Shown here: one piece after another, positions 1-9,342 of the stretch
Numbering within the stretch: the stretch's first letter is position 1
Layout: each line of letters opens with the position of its first letter
From: Myxococcota bacterium
GTDB taxonomy: Bacteria; Myxococcota; SpSt-1050
Assembly: GCA_049969675.1 (NCBI GenBank)
Contig: JBMFOP010000055.1
Coordinates: forward strand, 1 to 21,079
Reading direction: 5' to 3'
DNA: 21,079 nt
Translations under genes and position numbers: made by a program
The notes under the pieces: generated by a model
The model's input: the letters and a program-made list of their open reading frames with translations, nothing else
Databases searched by the model: none
What the model was told of the DNA's origin: nothing

Positions 1-326
1 CTAAGAAGTTAATTGAAGTATATAAAAATGAACTGAGGCAGAAGATAGAAATTACTTCTGATATAATAGAAGGTTCTCCCAAAATATATATCTATACCGT
101 TAAAAACTATCTAAAAGATTTTCATCTTGAAAAAAGAGCAAAAAAGAATTTTAGAGATGTGATACCAAATTTGTTGGATAACTTGTATAATTATGGAAAA
201 GAGCAAATTTTAGAAAGAATTAGTATAAATATTGAATTTATCGAGAAATGCTTAAAGGAGAATAATGAGCAATCGATTGAGAGAAATTTGAAAAGCATTA
301 GAAAGAAAATAGAGATTGCTTTATGA
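1..326 (+). CDS. 3' part of an unknown protein, truncated by the window start
   Basis: Frame 3 is open from base 3 to TGA at 324-326: KKLIEVYKNELRQKIEITSDIIEGSPKIYIYTVKNYLKDF...ERNLKSIRKKIEIAL*. It is missing from the ORF track because its start lies outside the window. No motif recognised. Confidence 0.75.
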   Translation, partial: KKLIEVYKNELRQKIEITSDIIEGSPKIYIYTVKNYLKDFHLEKRAKKNFRDVIPNLLDNLYNYGKEQILERISINIEFIEKCLKENNEQSIERNLKSIRKKIEIAL

Positions 327-336
327 GAGATGAGAG

Positions 337-615
337 TCTTTTATATCTGCCGTTTTACGCTCTGATGCGGGATATACCGCCCTGCCAATTATGTATATGT
401 ATGCCAGATTTATCCATCTCTCATTCCATCCCAGATCCATCAAACATCTATCAAGCCCTATCCTATCCAGCATCTGTTTGCACAGCCATTCCGTCCCTAT
501 CTCCCTCGCCTCCTCATCTTCTATGGTGTTTAGATCAACCTCCTCATATTCTGGACATCTCTCCTCCCTCTTCTTACTATCCTCAGATGGCACATCCAAT
601 AATTTCTTGATTAAG
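337..615 (-). pseudogene. IS1634-family-like transposase fragment (internal remnant)
   Basis: The minus-strand frame encodes VDLNTIEDEEAREIGTEWLCKQMLDRIGLD...LGWNERWINLAYIYIIGRAVYPASERKT. This resembles the N-terminal region of IS1634-type transposases as I recall them (REIGxEWLC...RAVYPASExKT). It is only about 90 codons, has no DDE region and is GC-richer than its flanks. The ORF-track start at 647 lies in the purM promoter and is probably not real. Boundaries are approximate. Confidence 0.7.
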
Positions 616-625
616 TAATTCAAAC

Positions 626-654
626 TTGACGAAATAGATAGATGCATCTATAGT
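626..654 (+). promoter_or_regulatory. sigma70-type promoter for purM and downstream genes
   Basis: TTGACG (626-631), 17 nt spacer, TATAGT (649-654). RBS GGGAGGA at 673-679 precedes ATG 687. Confidence 0.7.
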
Positions 655-686
655 CTTATGACACAGTCTTTCGGGAGGAATATTTT

Positions 687-1721
687 ATGCCGACATATAA
701 AGATGCTGGAGTAGATATAAATGCTGGTGATAAATTTGTAGATATTATAAGCAGGGAGGTGAAAACCACTTTTAGTAAAGGGGTCATAGGTGGACTGGGT
801 GGTTTTGCCGCGCTCTATAGACCTGAGTTGAAGGGATATAGAGAACCACTGCTTGTCTCCTCCACAGATGGGGTTGGGACAAAATTAAAATTTGCATTTT
901 TGATAAATAAACATAATACCGTTGGTATTGACCTTGTGGCGATGTGTGTTAATGACCTTGTGGTATGTGGTGCAAAACCACTTTTTATGCTGGACTATTT
1001 TGCTACTGGAAGATTGGATTTGCGAACTGGGGTTGATATATTAAAAGGGATTATAAAAGGTTGCAAAGAGGCCGGGTGCGCTCTTATCGGAGGCGAGACT
1101 GCAGAGATGCCCTCATTCTATAAAGATGGTGAATATGACCTTGCAGGCTTTGTTGTAGGCATCGTGGATAAAAAGAAGGTCATTGATGGTAGAGATGTAA
1201 AGGTTGGAGATATACTAATTGGTGTTGAATCAAGTGGAATTCACAGCAATGGATATTCACTTGTGAGAAAGATATTCTTTGATATCAAAAAATTAAATGC
1301 ACATAGCAAAGTAAAAGGTTTTGATGGACCATTTGTAGATACGATATTGAAGCCTACAAAGATTTATGTAAAGCCAGTTCTTGATGCAATCAAGCGATTC
1401 AGAATCAAGGCAATGGCTCATATAACTGGTTCTGGCCTTGTGGGCAATATTCCAAGGGTATTGCCACACAGTACTGCCGCCTTTATTAAAAAAGGTTCTT
1501 TTCTAATCCCACCGATATTCAAATGGATTCAGGAGAATGGAGATGTGCCAGAAGAGGATATGTATAACACATTTAATATGGGTATTGGATATGTCTTTAT
1601 AGTTTCAAAAGCCGAGTCTGAATATTTAATAAAATTTCTCCATTCAAGGTATAAATTGAAGTCTTATATGATTGGAGAGGTAATAAAATCAAAAGGAGAG
1701 CCAGAGGTTATAATAGAATAA
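687..1721 (+). CDS. purM: Phosphoribosylformylglycinamidine cyclo-ligase (AIR synthetase)
   Basis: TYKDAGVD N-terminus, STDGVGTKL, DLVAMCVND, LIGGETAEMP, SSGIHSNGYSL, TFNMGIG; 344 aa. Confidence 0.98.
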   Translation: MPTYKDAGVDINAGDKFVDIISREVKTTFSKGVIGGLGGFAALYRPELKGYREPLLVSSTDGVGTKLKFAFLINKHNTVGIDLVAMCVNDLVVCGAKPLFMLDYFATGRLDLRTGVDILKGIIKGCKEAGCALIGGETAEMPSFYKDGEYDLAGFVVGIVDKKKVIDGRDVKVGDILIGVESSGIHSNGYSLVRKIFFDIKKLNAHSKVKGFDGPFVDTILKPTKIYVKPVLDAIKRFRIKAMAHITGSGLVGNIPRVLPHSTAAFIKKGSFLIPPIFKWIQENGDVPEEDMYNTFNMGIGYVFIVSKAESEYLIKFLHSRYKLKSYMIGEVIKSKGEPEVIIE

Positions 1722-1724
1722 ATT

Positions 1725-3176
1725 ATGTCGCTACAGAGATTTGATACTCTTATATTAGGTGATGATATTAGTGGATTGGTAGCAGCAAATTTGCTCACAC
1801 ACTTTCATTATAAAGTAGTTGTCCTTAGAAATTCTACACCCGCCGATAGATATATCTATGATGGATACACGCTTCCAATTTCACCTTCTGTTATTCCACC
1901 GTTACATTATGGCGAATTGATGTCTCAAATACGACAATTTTTTACGCTCTCTCAATCAGAGTTTGACTCAGAGGCAGACATAGTGGAGAAATTTCAGTTT
2001 ATAACTAAAAGGCTGAGACTTGATATATCCATAAATCAAGATGAGACCATAGAGGAATTTCTATGCGAACTGGGAATTAAAAGAGAAAATATATCCAGAT
2101 TTATTGATGTAGCAAGAAAGGCAAAGGAGCGGTATATAGATGCATTTAACCTGCACTATCCATATCCACCATATACATTCTGGGATAAAAGAAGAATACA
2201 GAAGAATATCTTTGCCGAACTTAATAGCAATCAATCCATATTGAATCTTCTTGATTCGGAGAAGGGAAGAGCGGCATTCAGGACTGTTTTGACATTTATA
2301 CAAAATTTGAACACAAAAAATATATTATTCTCACAGGATTCACTTCTTGGTTTTATTTTTTCAGAAAGATGGATTATATTACCTTCCATAGAAAGAATTA
2401 AATCTACACTCATTAGACGACTTGAGGATAAAGGGGTCCTGATACTAAATAATACCCCCAACAGATATAGAGTTGAGAAAAGGGGATTTAATTACTACAT
2501 CAGAGATGAAAGACAACACAATAGTTATAGAATTGAATCTATATTACTTGCTGCTGACAGAGATTTTATAGCCTCAATACTTGAAAAGAAGATATTTTCA
2601 AGGCTCAACATAAAGTCATTTCCATATCTTATCAGATATACAACCAACTTTGTTGTTGGAATAAGATGTATTCCGGAGATGGCATCAAATCTGATTTATT
2701 ATAAAGAAGATGTCGTAAATAGTGATGTATCTCAAAACTATCAGATTTCATTCACCAAGGCAATGAGGGGGAGGGCAATAATCAAGGAGAATCGGATAAT
2801 TTCTGTTACAACATATATAAAACCAGAGGAGTTTAATAAGAAGAATGTAGATATACTTAATCAGAGGGCAAAAGATATACTCCTGAGAGTCTTTCCGTTT
2901 TCAGATGAATATATCGTTAATATCTCATCTGTATTAAATGCCGAAATATTACTTGATGTCAACCTGAATGAAATTAGGAGATTGGATTACAAGCCTTCTC
3001 AATATATTTTTATAACGGATGAGGTACAGGATGGTATTATGTTATTTGATATGAAAACAGGTATAGACAATTTTATAAATTCGGCTTATGTCTTTGCCCC
3101 AATAGGAATCTTTGGTGATTTTATGTCAGCGGTAAGGGCGTCAGAGATTATTTCAAAGAATATTTTAGGGAAATAA
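1725..3176 (+). CDS. Hypothetical protein, likely FAD/NAD-binding (phytoene dehydrogenase-like) fold with a degenerate dinucleotide motif
   Basis: The N-terminal beta-alpha-beta segment FDTLILGDDISGLVAANLL...YKVVVL...YIYDGY and the C-terminal PIGIFGDFMSA resemble the ends of CrtI/amine-oxidase-type flavoproteins. 483 aa, packed 3 bp after purM. Confidence 0.55.
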   Translation: MSLQRFDTLILGDDISGLVAANLLTHFHYKVVVLRNSTPADRYIYDGYTLPISPSVIPPLHYGELMSQIRQFFTLSQSEFDSEADIVEKFQFITKRLRLDISINQDETIEEFLCELGIKRENISRFIDVARKAKERYIDAFNLHYPYPPYTFWDKRRIQKNIFAELNSNQSILNLLDSEKGRAAFRTVLTFIQNLNTKNILFSQDSLLGFIFSERWIILPSIERIKSTLIRRLEDKGVLILNNTPNRYRVEKRGFNYYIRDERQHNSYRIESILLAADRDFIASILEKKIFSRLNIKSFPYLIRYTTNFVVGIRCIPEMASNLIYYKEDVVNSDVSQNYQISFTKAMRGRAIIKENRIISVTTYIKPEEFNKKNVDILNQRAKDILLRVFPFSDEYIVNISSVLNAEILLDVNLNEIRRLDYKPSQYIFITDEVQDGIMLFDMKTGIDNFINSAYVFAPIGIFGDFMSAVRASEIISKNILGK

Positions 3177-3178
3177 CA

Positions 3179-5302
3179 GTGAATACAAAACTTAAAATAG
3201 CCAGTGGAAGATTCTTCCCTTTAGGTGCGACTCTCTATGAGAATGGGGTAAATTTTGCCATATATTCAAAAAATGCCACTGCTGTTGAATTGCTATTATT
3301 TGACAATGTTGATGATGCTATCCCTTCGCATTCATTTGTACTTAAGAATCGGACAATGAATGTCTGGCACATATTTATTGAAGGAGTTAAGGCTGGGCAA
3401 TTATATGCTTACAGGGTATACGGGAAATACGACCCGGAAAATGGATTCAGGTTTAATCCTAACAAATTGTTGATAGATCCGTATGCAAAGGCAATTACAG
3501 GAGATTTTGATATTAGAGGAGATCATTTTGGTTATGACAGAAAATCAAGTGATTTAGACCTCTCATTTTCCAATGTTGATAATATAGCATATGCCCCTAA
3601 ATGCGTGGTTATAGATGACAGATTTGATTGGGAGAATGACAGACTGCTTACCATACCTCTCAACGAACTGATAATATATGAGACACATATCAAAGGTCTT
3701 ACAGCTCATGGCAGTGCAGATGTGAAATATCCAGGTACATATCTTGGTGTAATTGAGAAGATTGATTACCTTAAAAGACTTGGGGTAAATTGTGTTGAAT
3801 TTTTGCCCGTTCATCATTCTCATAGCGAGTTCTATCTCAGGGAGAGAGGGCTTTCAAATTACTGGGGATATAATACTTTAGGGTATTTTGCCCCTGATGT
3901 CAGATTTTCAACCGGGTCATATATAGGTTGTCAGGTGAATGAATTTAAAGAGATGGTAAAGTCTCTCCACAGAGCAGGTATTGAGGTTATACTTGATGTT
4001 GTATATAATCATACCTGTGAAGGGAACGAACTGGGACCCACACTCTCACTTCGTGGCATTGACAATACCACATACTACAAACTGAAAAAGGATAAAAGAT
4101 ACTATGAGGATTATAGCGGTTGTGGAAATTGTCTGAATTTTGATGAACCACAGGTAATTAAGTTGGTAATGGATTCTCTAAGGTACTGGGTTGAGGAGAT
4201 GCATATAGATGGATTCAGATTTGACCTTGCATCTGTGCTTGGAAGGAGTAATGGAAAGTTTTCACAGGTCAGTTCATTCTTTGTAGCGATTCATCAGGAC
4301 CCCATCCTTTCAAGGGTGAAACTCATTGCTGAGCCATGGGATATATCCCCTGAGGATTCTTATCATCTTGGTAATTTCCCGCTAAATTGGGCAGAGCTGA
4401 ACGGTAAGTATAGAGACGCAGTAAGACGTTTTGTGAAATCAGACCCTGCGATGATTGCAGAGATGGGTTATAGATTGACAGGTAGTTCTGATCTCTATGG
4501 TTCAAGTGGAAAGACGCCCAATCATAGTATAAATTTTATTACCTCACATGATGGGTTTACACTTAATGACCTTGTAAGTTATTCACAGAAGCACAACGAA
4601 TTAAACCTTGAAAACAATAAAGATGGATTTGATGAAAATTTCTCCTATAATTGGGGTGTTGAAGGAGAGACAGATAATGAGGAGATAAACAAATTGAGAG
4701 ATAGGCTGATGAAGAATTTTATATCAATCCTTATGCTCTCTCAGGGTGTTCCTATGCTTCTTGGGGGAGATGAATTTAAGAGGACACAGAAGGGGAATAA
4801 TAATGCCTATTGTCAGGATAATGATATCTCGTATTATGATTGGAGACTCCTTGAGAAGAATAGAGAGTTCTTTGAATTTGTCAGACGATGTATAAAATTA
4901 CGAATGAATAATCCTCATTTTAGAAGACCGTACTTCTTTGATGAAATTAGAAGAGTTGATACAGTACATTTTAATGTAAAATGGTATAATGAAAAATTAA
5001 AAATACCTCAATGGAATAAGAGGGATGAATATTCTCTTGCCTTCCTGATAGAGGGTTGTGTGGATGAGTGCAATAATATCAGAAATAAGGACTTCTTTAT
5101 CATCCTGAATTCATATTGGGAAGGGAAGATATTTAAAGTTCCAAAAGCCAGAAATAGTAGATGGTTTAGAATAATAGATACATCCCTTGACTTTCCAACC
5201 TGTATCGCTGAAAACGAGACCGATTTTCCAGTTGATGTGACAAATGGTTATTATGTAAATCAGAGAACAGTTGTATGTCTGATGAGGACTGATATAAGAT
5301 AA
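3179..5302 (+). CDS. glgX: Glycogen debranching enzyme (GH13 isoamylase type, with CBM48)
   Basis: GTG start. PLGAT...GVNFA, LLIDPYAKA, NYWGYNT, DVVYNHT, and the catalytic motifs GFRFDLA, IAEPWD and SHDGFTL; GNNNAYCQDN. Confidence 0.97.
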   Translation: MNTKLKIASGRFFPLGATLYENGVNFAIYSKNATAVELLLFDNVDDAIPSHSFVLKNRTMNVWHIFIEGVKAGQLYAYRVYGKYDPENGFRFNPNKLLIDPYAKAITGDFDIRGDHFGYDRKSSDLDLSFSNVDNIAYAPKCVVIDDRFDWENDRLLTIPLNELIIYETHIKGLTAHGSADVKYPGTYLGVIEKIDYLKRLGVNCVEFLPVHHSHSEFYLRERGLSNYWGYNTLGYFAPDVRFSTGSYIGCQVNEFKEMVKSLHRAGIEVILDVVYNHTCEGNELGPTLSLRGIDNTTYYKLKKDKRYYEDYSGCGNCLNFDEPQVIKLVMDSLRYWVEEMHIDGFRFDLASVLGRSNGKFSQVSSFFVAIHQDPILSRVKLIAEPWDISPEDSYHLGNFPLNWAELNGKYRDAVRRFVKSDPAMIAEMGYRLTGSSDLYGSSGKTPNHSINFITSHDGFTLNDLVSYSQKHNELNLENNKDGFDENFSYNWGVEGETDNEEINKLRDRLMKNFISILMLSQGVPMLLGGDEFKRTQKGNNNAYCQDNDISYYDWRLLEKNREFFEFVRRCIKLRMNNPHFRRPYFFDEIRRVDTVHFNVKWYNEKLKIPQWNKRDEYSLAFLIEGCVDECNNIRNKDFFIILNSYWEGKIFKVPKARNSRWFRIIDTSLDFPTCIAENETDFPVDVTNGYYVNQRTVVCLMRTDIR

Positions 5303-5313
5303 ATGGAGGTGTT

Positions 5314-6633
5314 ATGAGAATATCAATTATAGGAACCGGATATGTGGGATTGGTGACAGGTGCCTGTTTTGCTGAGATGGGAAATACAGTGTGGTGTGTT
5401 GATAAGGATAAGAAGAGGCTTAGGGAGCTCAAAAAGGGGATAATTCCTTTTTACGAACCTCAACTGGATGATATTGTACGAACAAATTTAAAGGAGGGAA
5501 GATTAATTTTTACCAGCGAATATAAAGAGGCAATAAGCAGGTCTGAAGTAATCTTTATCTGTGTTGGAACTCCTCCCAGAGAAGATGGTTCAGCAGATAT
5601 AGATTATGTGCTTGCTGCAGCACAGGAGATGAGAAAATATTTGATGGAAGGTGCTATAATTGCTGTCAAGAGCACTGTCCCTGTTGGGACCTGTGATGAG
5701 GTAGAGAAAATAATAAACGAGGGGAGAAAGAAGAGGATAGTTGTTGTCTCAAATCCAGAATTCTTAAAGGAGGGTGATGCAGTCAGAGATTTTATGTATC
5801 CGGACAGAGTGGTAGTTGGGACTGATGATGAGAGTGCAAAAAAGATATTTTTTGAATTATATTCCCCGTATACCAAGAGAGGTCAGTCAATTATTTTTAT
5901 GAAGAGGAGGTCTTCGGAGCTCACAAAATATGCAGCAAATACCTATCTTGCAATGAGGGTCTCGTTTATTAATGAAATATCTATGCTCTGTGAGAGAGTT
6001 GGTGCAGATGTAGAGGAGGTTAGAAAAGGCATTGGGTCAGATAGAAGAATAGGTACTCAATTTATGTATCCGGGCATTGGATATGGGGGCTCTTGCTTCC
6101 CTAAAGATGTTAAGGCGCTTCTGAATCTGGGTAAAAAATATGGTATGGATGTAAGTATTGCCTATGTAACTGACAGGATAAATCAATTACAGCGGGAGAA
6201 TTTCTTTAAGAAGATAATAGTGAAGTTTGGCACTAACCTTAAGGGATACAACTTCGGTATTCTCGGAGTATCTTTTAAACCAAATACAGATGATATAAGA
6301 GAAGCACCATCCTTATTTATTATAAAAAAAATTATTGAACATGGTGGTAGGGTTCGTATATTTGACCCCGCTGCTATTGAAAACTTTAAGAGATTATCCG
6401 GCATGTATAATGACGAAAACAGGAAAAATATTGTTATTGCAAAAGATATGTATGATGCAGCCAGAAATGCCGATGCATTATTGTTAATAACTGAATGGAA
6501 TGAGTTTAGAAGACCCGATTATGATAGACTAAAACATCTGATGAAAAGGGCAATCATATTTGATGGCAGAAATATCTATTCAAAGGAGATAGTAGTTGAA
6601 AAAGGATTTGAATACTTTGGAGTAGGAATATAA
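5314..6633 (+). CDS. ugd: UDP-glucose 6-dehydrogenase
   Basis: [33 protein letters not shown] (catalytic Cys), [23 protein letters not shown] upstream. Confidence 0.95.
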   Translation: MRISIIGTGYVGLVTGACFAEMGNTVWCVDKDKKRLRELKKGIIPFYEPQLDDIVRTNLKEGRLIFTSEYKEAISRSEVIFICVGTPPREDGSADIDYVLAAAQEMRKYLMEGAIIAVKSTVPVGTCDEVEKIINEGRKKRIVVVSNPEFLKEGDAVRDFMYPDRVVVGTDDESAKKIFFELYSPYTKRGQSIIFMKRRSSELTKYAANTYLAMRVSFINEISMLCERVGADVEEVRKGIGSDRRIGTQFMYPGIGYGGSCFPKDVKALLNLGKKYGMDVSIAYVTDRINQLQRENFFKKIIVKFGTNLKGYNFGILGVSFKPNTDDIREAPSLFIIKKIIEHGGRVRIFDPAAIENFKRLSGMYNDENRKNIVIAKDMYDAARNADALLLITEWNEFRRPDYDRLKHLMKRAIIFDGRNIYSKEIVVEKGFEYFGVGI

Positions 6634-6643
6634 GGGAGGGAAT

Positions 6644-7600
6644 ATGCGCATACTTGTAACTGGAGGAGCAGGTTTTATAGGTTCTCATCTATGTAAAAGG
6701 CTCTTAAAGGAAGGTCATTATGTTATCTGTCTTGATAATCTATTTACTGGCTCAAAGGAGAATATTAGAGATCTTGAAAGATATAGAAATTTTGAATTTA
6801 TAAGACACGATATAACTCTACCAATTTTACTTGAGGTGGATATGATATTCAATTTAGCCTGTCCTGCATCACCGGTTCATTACCAGTACAATCCTGTTAA
6901 GACAATCAAGACCAATGTGCTTGGTACATTAAATATGCTCGGACTTGCAAAGAGGGTAAAGGCGAGGATCCTGCAGGCATCTACGAGTGAGGTATATGGT
7001 GACCCAACCGTTCATCCCCAAAGTGAGGACTACTGGGGGAATGTAAACCCAATTGGATTGAGGGCCTGTTATGATGAAGGTAAGAGGTGTGCAGAGGCGC
7101 TCTGTTTTTCATATCACAGACAGAATAATGTAGATATAAGGGTAGTGAGAATCTTTAATACTTATGGACCAAATATGTTGCCAGATGATGGGAGGGTGAT
7201 CTCAAATTTCATTGTGCAGGCACTAAAAGGTGAACCAATAACCATTTATGGCAGAGGTGAACAGACGAGGTCTTTCTGCTATGTCGATGACCTGATAGAT
7301 GGACTGATGGGTTATATGTTTTTAGAAGATAAATCTCACAGGAAAGACCTATCCGGCCCTGTTAATCTTGGGAATCCAGAAGAGTTTAAGATTATAGAAC
7401 TTGCAAATCTGATACTAAAACTGACATCATCCAATTCAAAGATTATCTATAAAGATATGCCACCGGACGACCCTGCCAGAAGACGCCCGGATATTTCAAT
7501 TGCAAGAAGACTCTTTGGCTTCTCCCCAAAGATATCTCTTAAGGCTGGACTCAAGAATACCATAGCATATTTTAAAAAGAGATTAAGGGATGATTTCTGA
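6644..7600 (+). CDS. uxs: UDP-glucuronate decarboxylase (UDP-xylose synthase family, extended SDR)
   Basis: [68 protein letters not shown]. Adjacent to ugd. Confidence 0.92.
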   Translation: MRILVTGGAGFIGSHLCKRLLKEGHYVICLDNLFTGSKENIRDLERYRNFEFIRHDITLPILLEVDMIFNLACPASPVHYQYNPVKTIKTNVLGTLNMLGLAKRVKARILQASTSEVYGDPTVHPQSEDYWGNVNPIGLRACYDEGKRCAEALCFSYHRQNNVDIRVVRIFNTYGPNMLPDDGRVISNFIVQALKGEPITIYGRGEQTRSFCYVDDLIDGLMGYMFLEDKSHRKDLSGPVNLGNPEEFKIIELANLILKLTSSNSKIIYKDMPPDDPARRRPDISIARRLFGFSPKISLKAGLKNTIAYFKKRLRDDF

Positions 7601-7601
7601 T

Positions 7602-7630
7602 TTGAATTTTCTGACATTATATAATATAAA
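7602..7630 (+). promoter_or_regulatory. Possible sigma70 promoter for the TPR-lpxA-lpxI-oxidoreductase unit
   Basis: TTGAAT (7602-7607), 17 nt, TATAAA (7625-7630). A TATAAT also lies at 7620-7625. RBS AGGAGG at 7672-7677. The AT-rich background weakens the call. Confidence 0.4.
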
Positions 7631-7683
7631 CCATTTCACTACATTAAAGCCCATTCTGTCTGTTTTTTGGAAGGAGGCTCAAA

Positions 7684-8559
7684 TTGGCAGAGAATCAAAA
7701 TAAAAATCCAGAGTTTGAGAGTATAAAGAAGGAGATTCAGGATATCAGAAATCTTATAAACAAGACTGATAATCTTGTGATGAATCTCTCGGCAGATATT
7801 AAGAATGTTTATAAAAGGCTGGAATCATTCTACAAAAAGTCTTATATCAACGGTATTGTAATGTATATCTTATTTATTGTTGTCATCATCTTTTTATCAT
7901 ATAAGGCTTTTGATGTGAAGATAAAGGCGGTGACTGATGAGAGAAATAAATTGAGAGAAGAGCTTGACCAGTATGTTCAGGAGGTAAAGAACCTGAAAGA
8001 CCAGATTCAGACAAGGGATGATATTGAAAAGACAATATTGCAGTCATTAAGCCTTGTAGATGAAAACAGGAAGGAAGAGGCGGCAGATAAGATATTGAAG
8101 ATAGCCTCAAAGGATATGACCGCATTTCAGAAGAAAGTTGTAAATGACAACATCAACAGTATAAAGAAAGAGCTGTTTACAAAATATGCAAATAAGGCTC
8201 TTGATAACATCAACAATAAAAAATTTGATTTTGCAGAAGAGAATATTAAAAAGGCATACGGCTTTATATCTTCAGACGAAGAGTATATTAAGATAGTGGG
8301 CATTGAATCTGAATTGTATCTCAGGAAAGGAGATACATCAAAGGTTGAAGCAATACTTCAGGAGACTGCAAAGAAGTACCAGCAATCTCCAAATGCAGCT
8401 GAATTATATAATAGGCTGGGGTTATTTTATGAGATGTATGGTAAGAGAAAAGATGCAATAAATGCCTATAATGAACTTTTAAAATTATATCCAAACTCAC
8501 CCCTTTCAAAGAATGCCTTGAGGAGAATAAGGGCGTTATCTAAAGAAAAGACCGAATAG
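7684..8559 (+). CDS. Single-pass membrane protein with coiled coils and C-terminal TPR repeats
   Basis: TTG start with a strong RBS. N-terminal heptad-like segment, hydrophobic span GIVMYILFIVVIIFLSY, a charged coiled coil, then a TPR-like end (AAELYNRLGLFY...AINAYNELLKLYPNSP) of the CpoB/BamD type. Confidence 0.8.
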   Translation: MAENQNKNPEFESIKKEIQDIRNLINKTDNLVMNLSADIKNVYKRLESFYKKSYINGIVMYILFIVVIIFLSYKAFDVKIKAVTDERNKLREELDQYVQEVKNLKDQIQTRDDIEKTILQSLSLVDENRKEEAADKILKIASKDMTAFQKKVVNDNINSIKKELFTKYANKALDNINNKKFDFAEENIKKAYGFISSDEEYIKIVGIESELYLRKGDTSKVEAILQETAKKYQQSPNAAELYNRLGLFYEMYGKRKDAINAYNELLKLYPNSPLSKNALRRIRALSKEKTE

Positions 8560-8562
8560 TAT

Positions 8563-9342
8563 ATGACGACGATTGAGAAGACAGCGACCGTTTCATCCAG
8601 TGCACAGATAGATGAAGATGTATATATAGGACCATATACTGTTATTGGAGAAAATGTAAAGATTTCAAAGGGCGTGAGAATAGGACGTTCTGTTATTGTT
8701 GAGAATAGAGTAACTATTGGAGAGAATACATCTATTGGACATTTCTCATCAATAGGTGTAAGACCTCAAGATATAAAATATAAAGGAGAGGAGACCGAAC
8801 TAATAATTGGTAAGAACAATCAAATAAGAGAATATGTGAATATATCTATAGGCTCGGTAGATGGAGATGGTAAGACAATAATAGGAGATAATAATCTGAT
8901 AATGAGCTATTCACACATCGCCCACGATTGTCATCTTCACAATAATATTATTCTTGCAAATCTGGCTACTCTTGCCGGTCATGTTGAAATTAGAGACTTC
9001 GCTGTTATTGGTGGAATGGTTGGAATACATCAATTCGTTAAAATTGGTGAATATGTTATGGTGGGTGGTGGTTCTATGGTCACTCAGGATGTCCCGCCTT
9101 TTTTACTTGTAGAAGGGAACAGGGCAAAGCCTTTTGGACTTAATACAAAAGGGCTAAGGAGAAATGGATTTGGTTCTGAAGAGATCTCCATAATTAAGAA
9201 GGCATACAGGATTCTCTATAATGATGGTCTCTCGCTTAGAGATGCATTGTATAAAATTGATAATGAACTCGTTCCGGCACTCCCTGTTTTGCGATTATTC
9301 ACAGATTTTATTAGAAACTCTCAACGAGGAATTGTCAGATAA
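8563..9342 (+). CDS. lpxA: Acyl-ACP:UDP-N-acetylglucosamine acyltransferase
   Basis: Hexapeptide repeats, PQDIKYKGE, SHIAHDC (catalytic His), LAGHV, HQF, QDVPPF, GLNxxGLRRxGF, terminal RGIVR. Confidence 0.96.
   Translation: MTTIEKTATVSSSAQIDEDVYIGPYTVIGENVKISKGVRIGRSVIVENRVTIGENTSIGHFSSIGVRPQDIKYKGEETELIIGKNNQIREYVNISIGSVDGDGKTIIGDNNLIMSYSHIAHDCHLHNNIILANLATLAGHVEIRDFAVIGGMVGIHQFVKIGEYVMVGGGSMVTQDVPPFLLVEGNRAKPFGLNTKGLRRNGFGSEEISIIKKAYRILYNDGLSLRDALYKIDNELVPALPVLRLFTDFIRNSQRGIVR

Noticed and set aside
323..618. Plus-strand ORFs 323..610 and 391..618
   Set aside because: Ser/Pro/Leu-rich antisense shadows of the transposase remnant, with no recognisable motifs.
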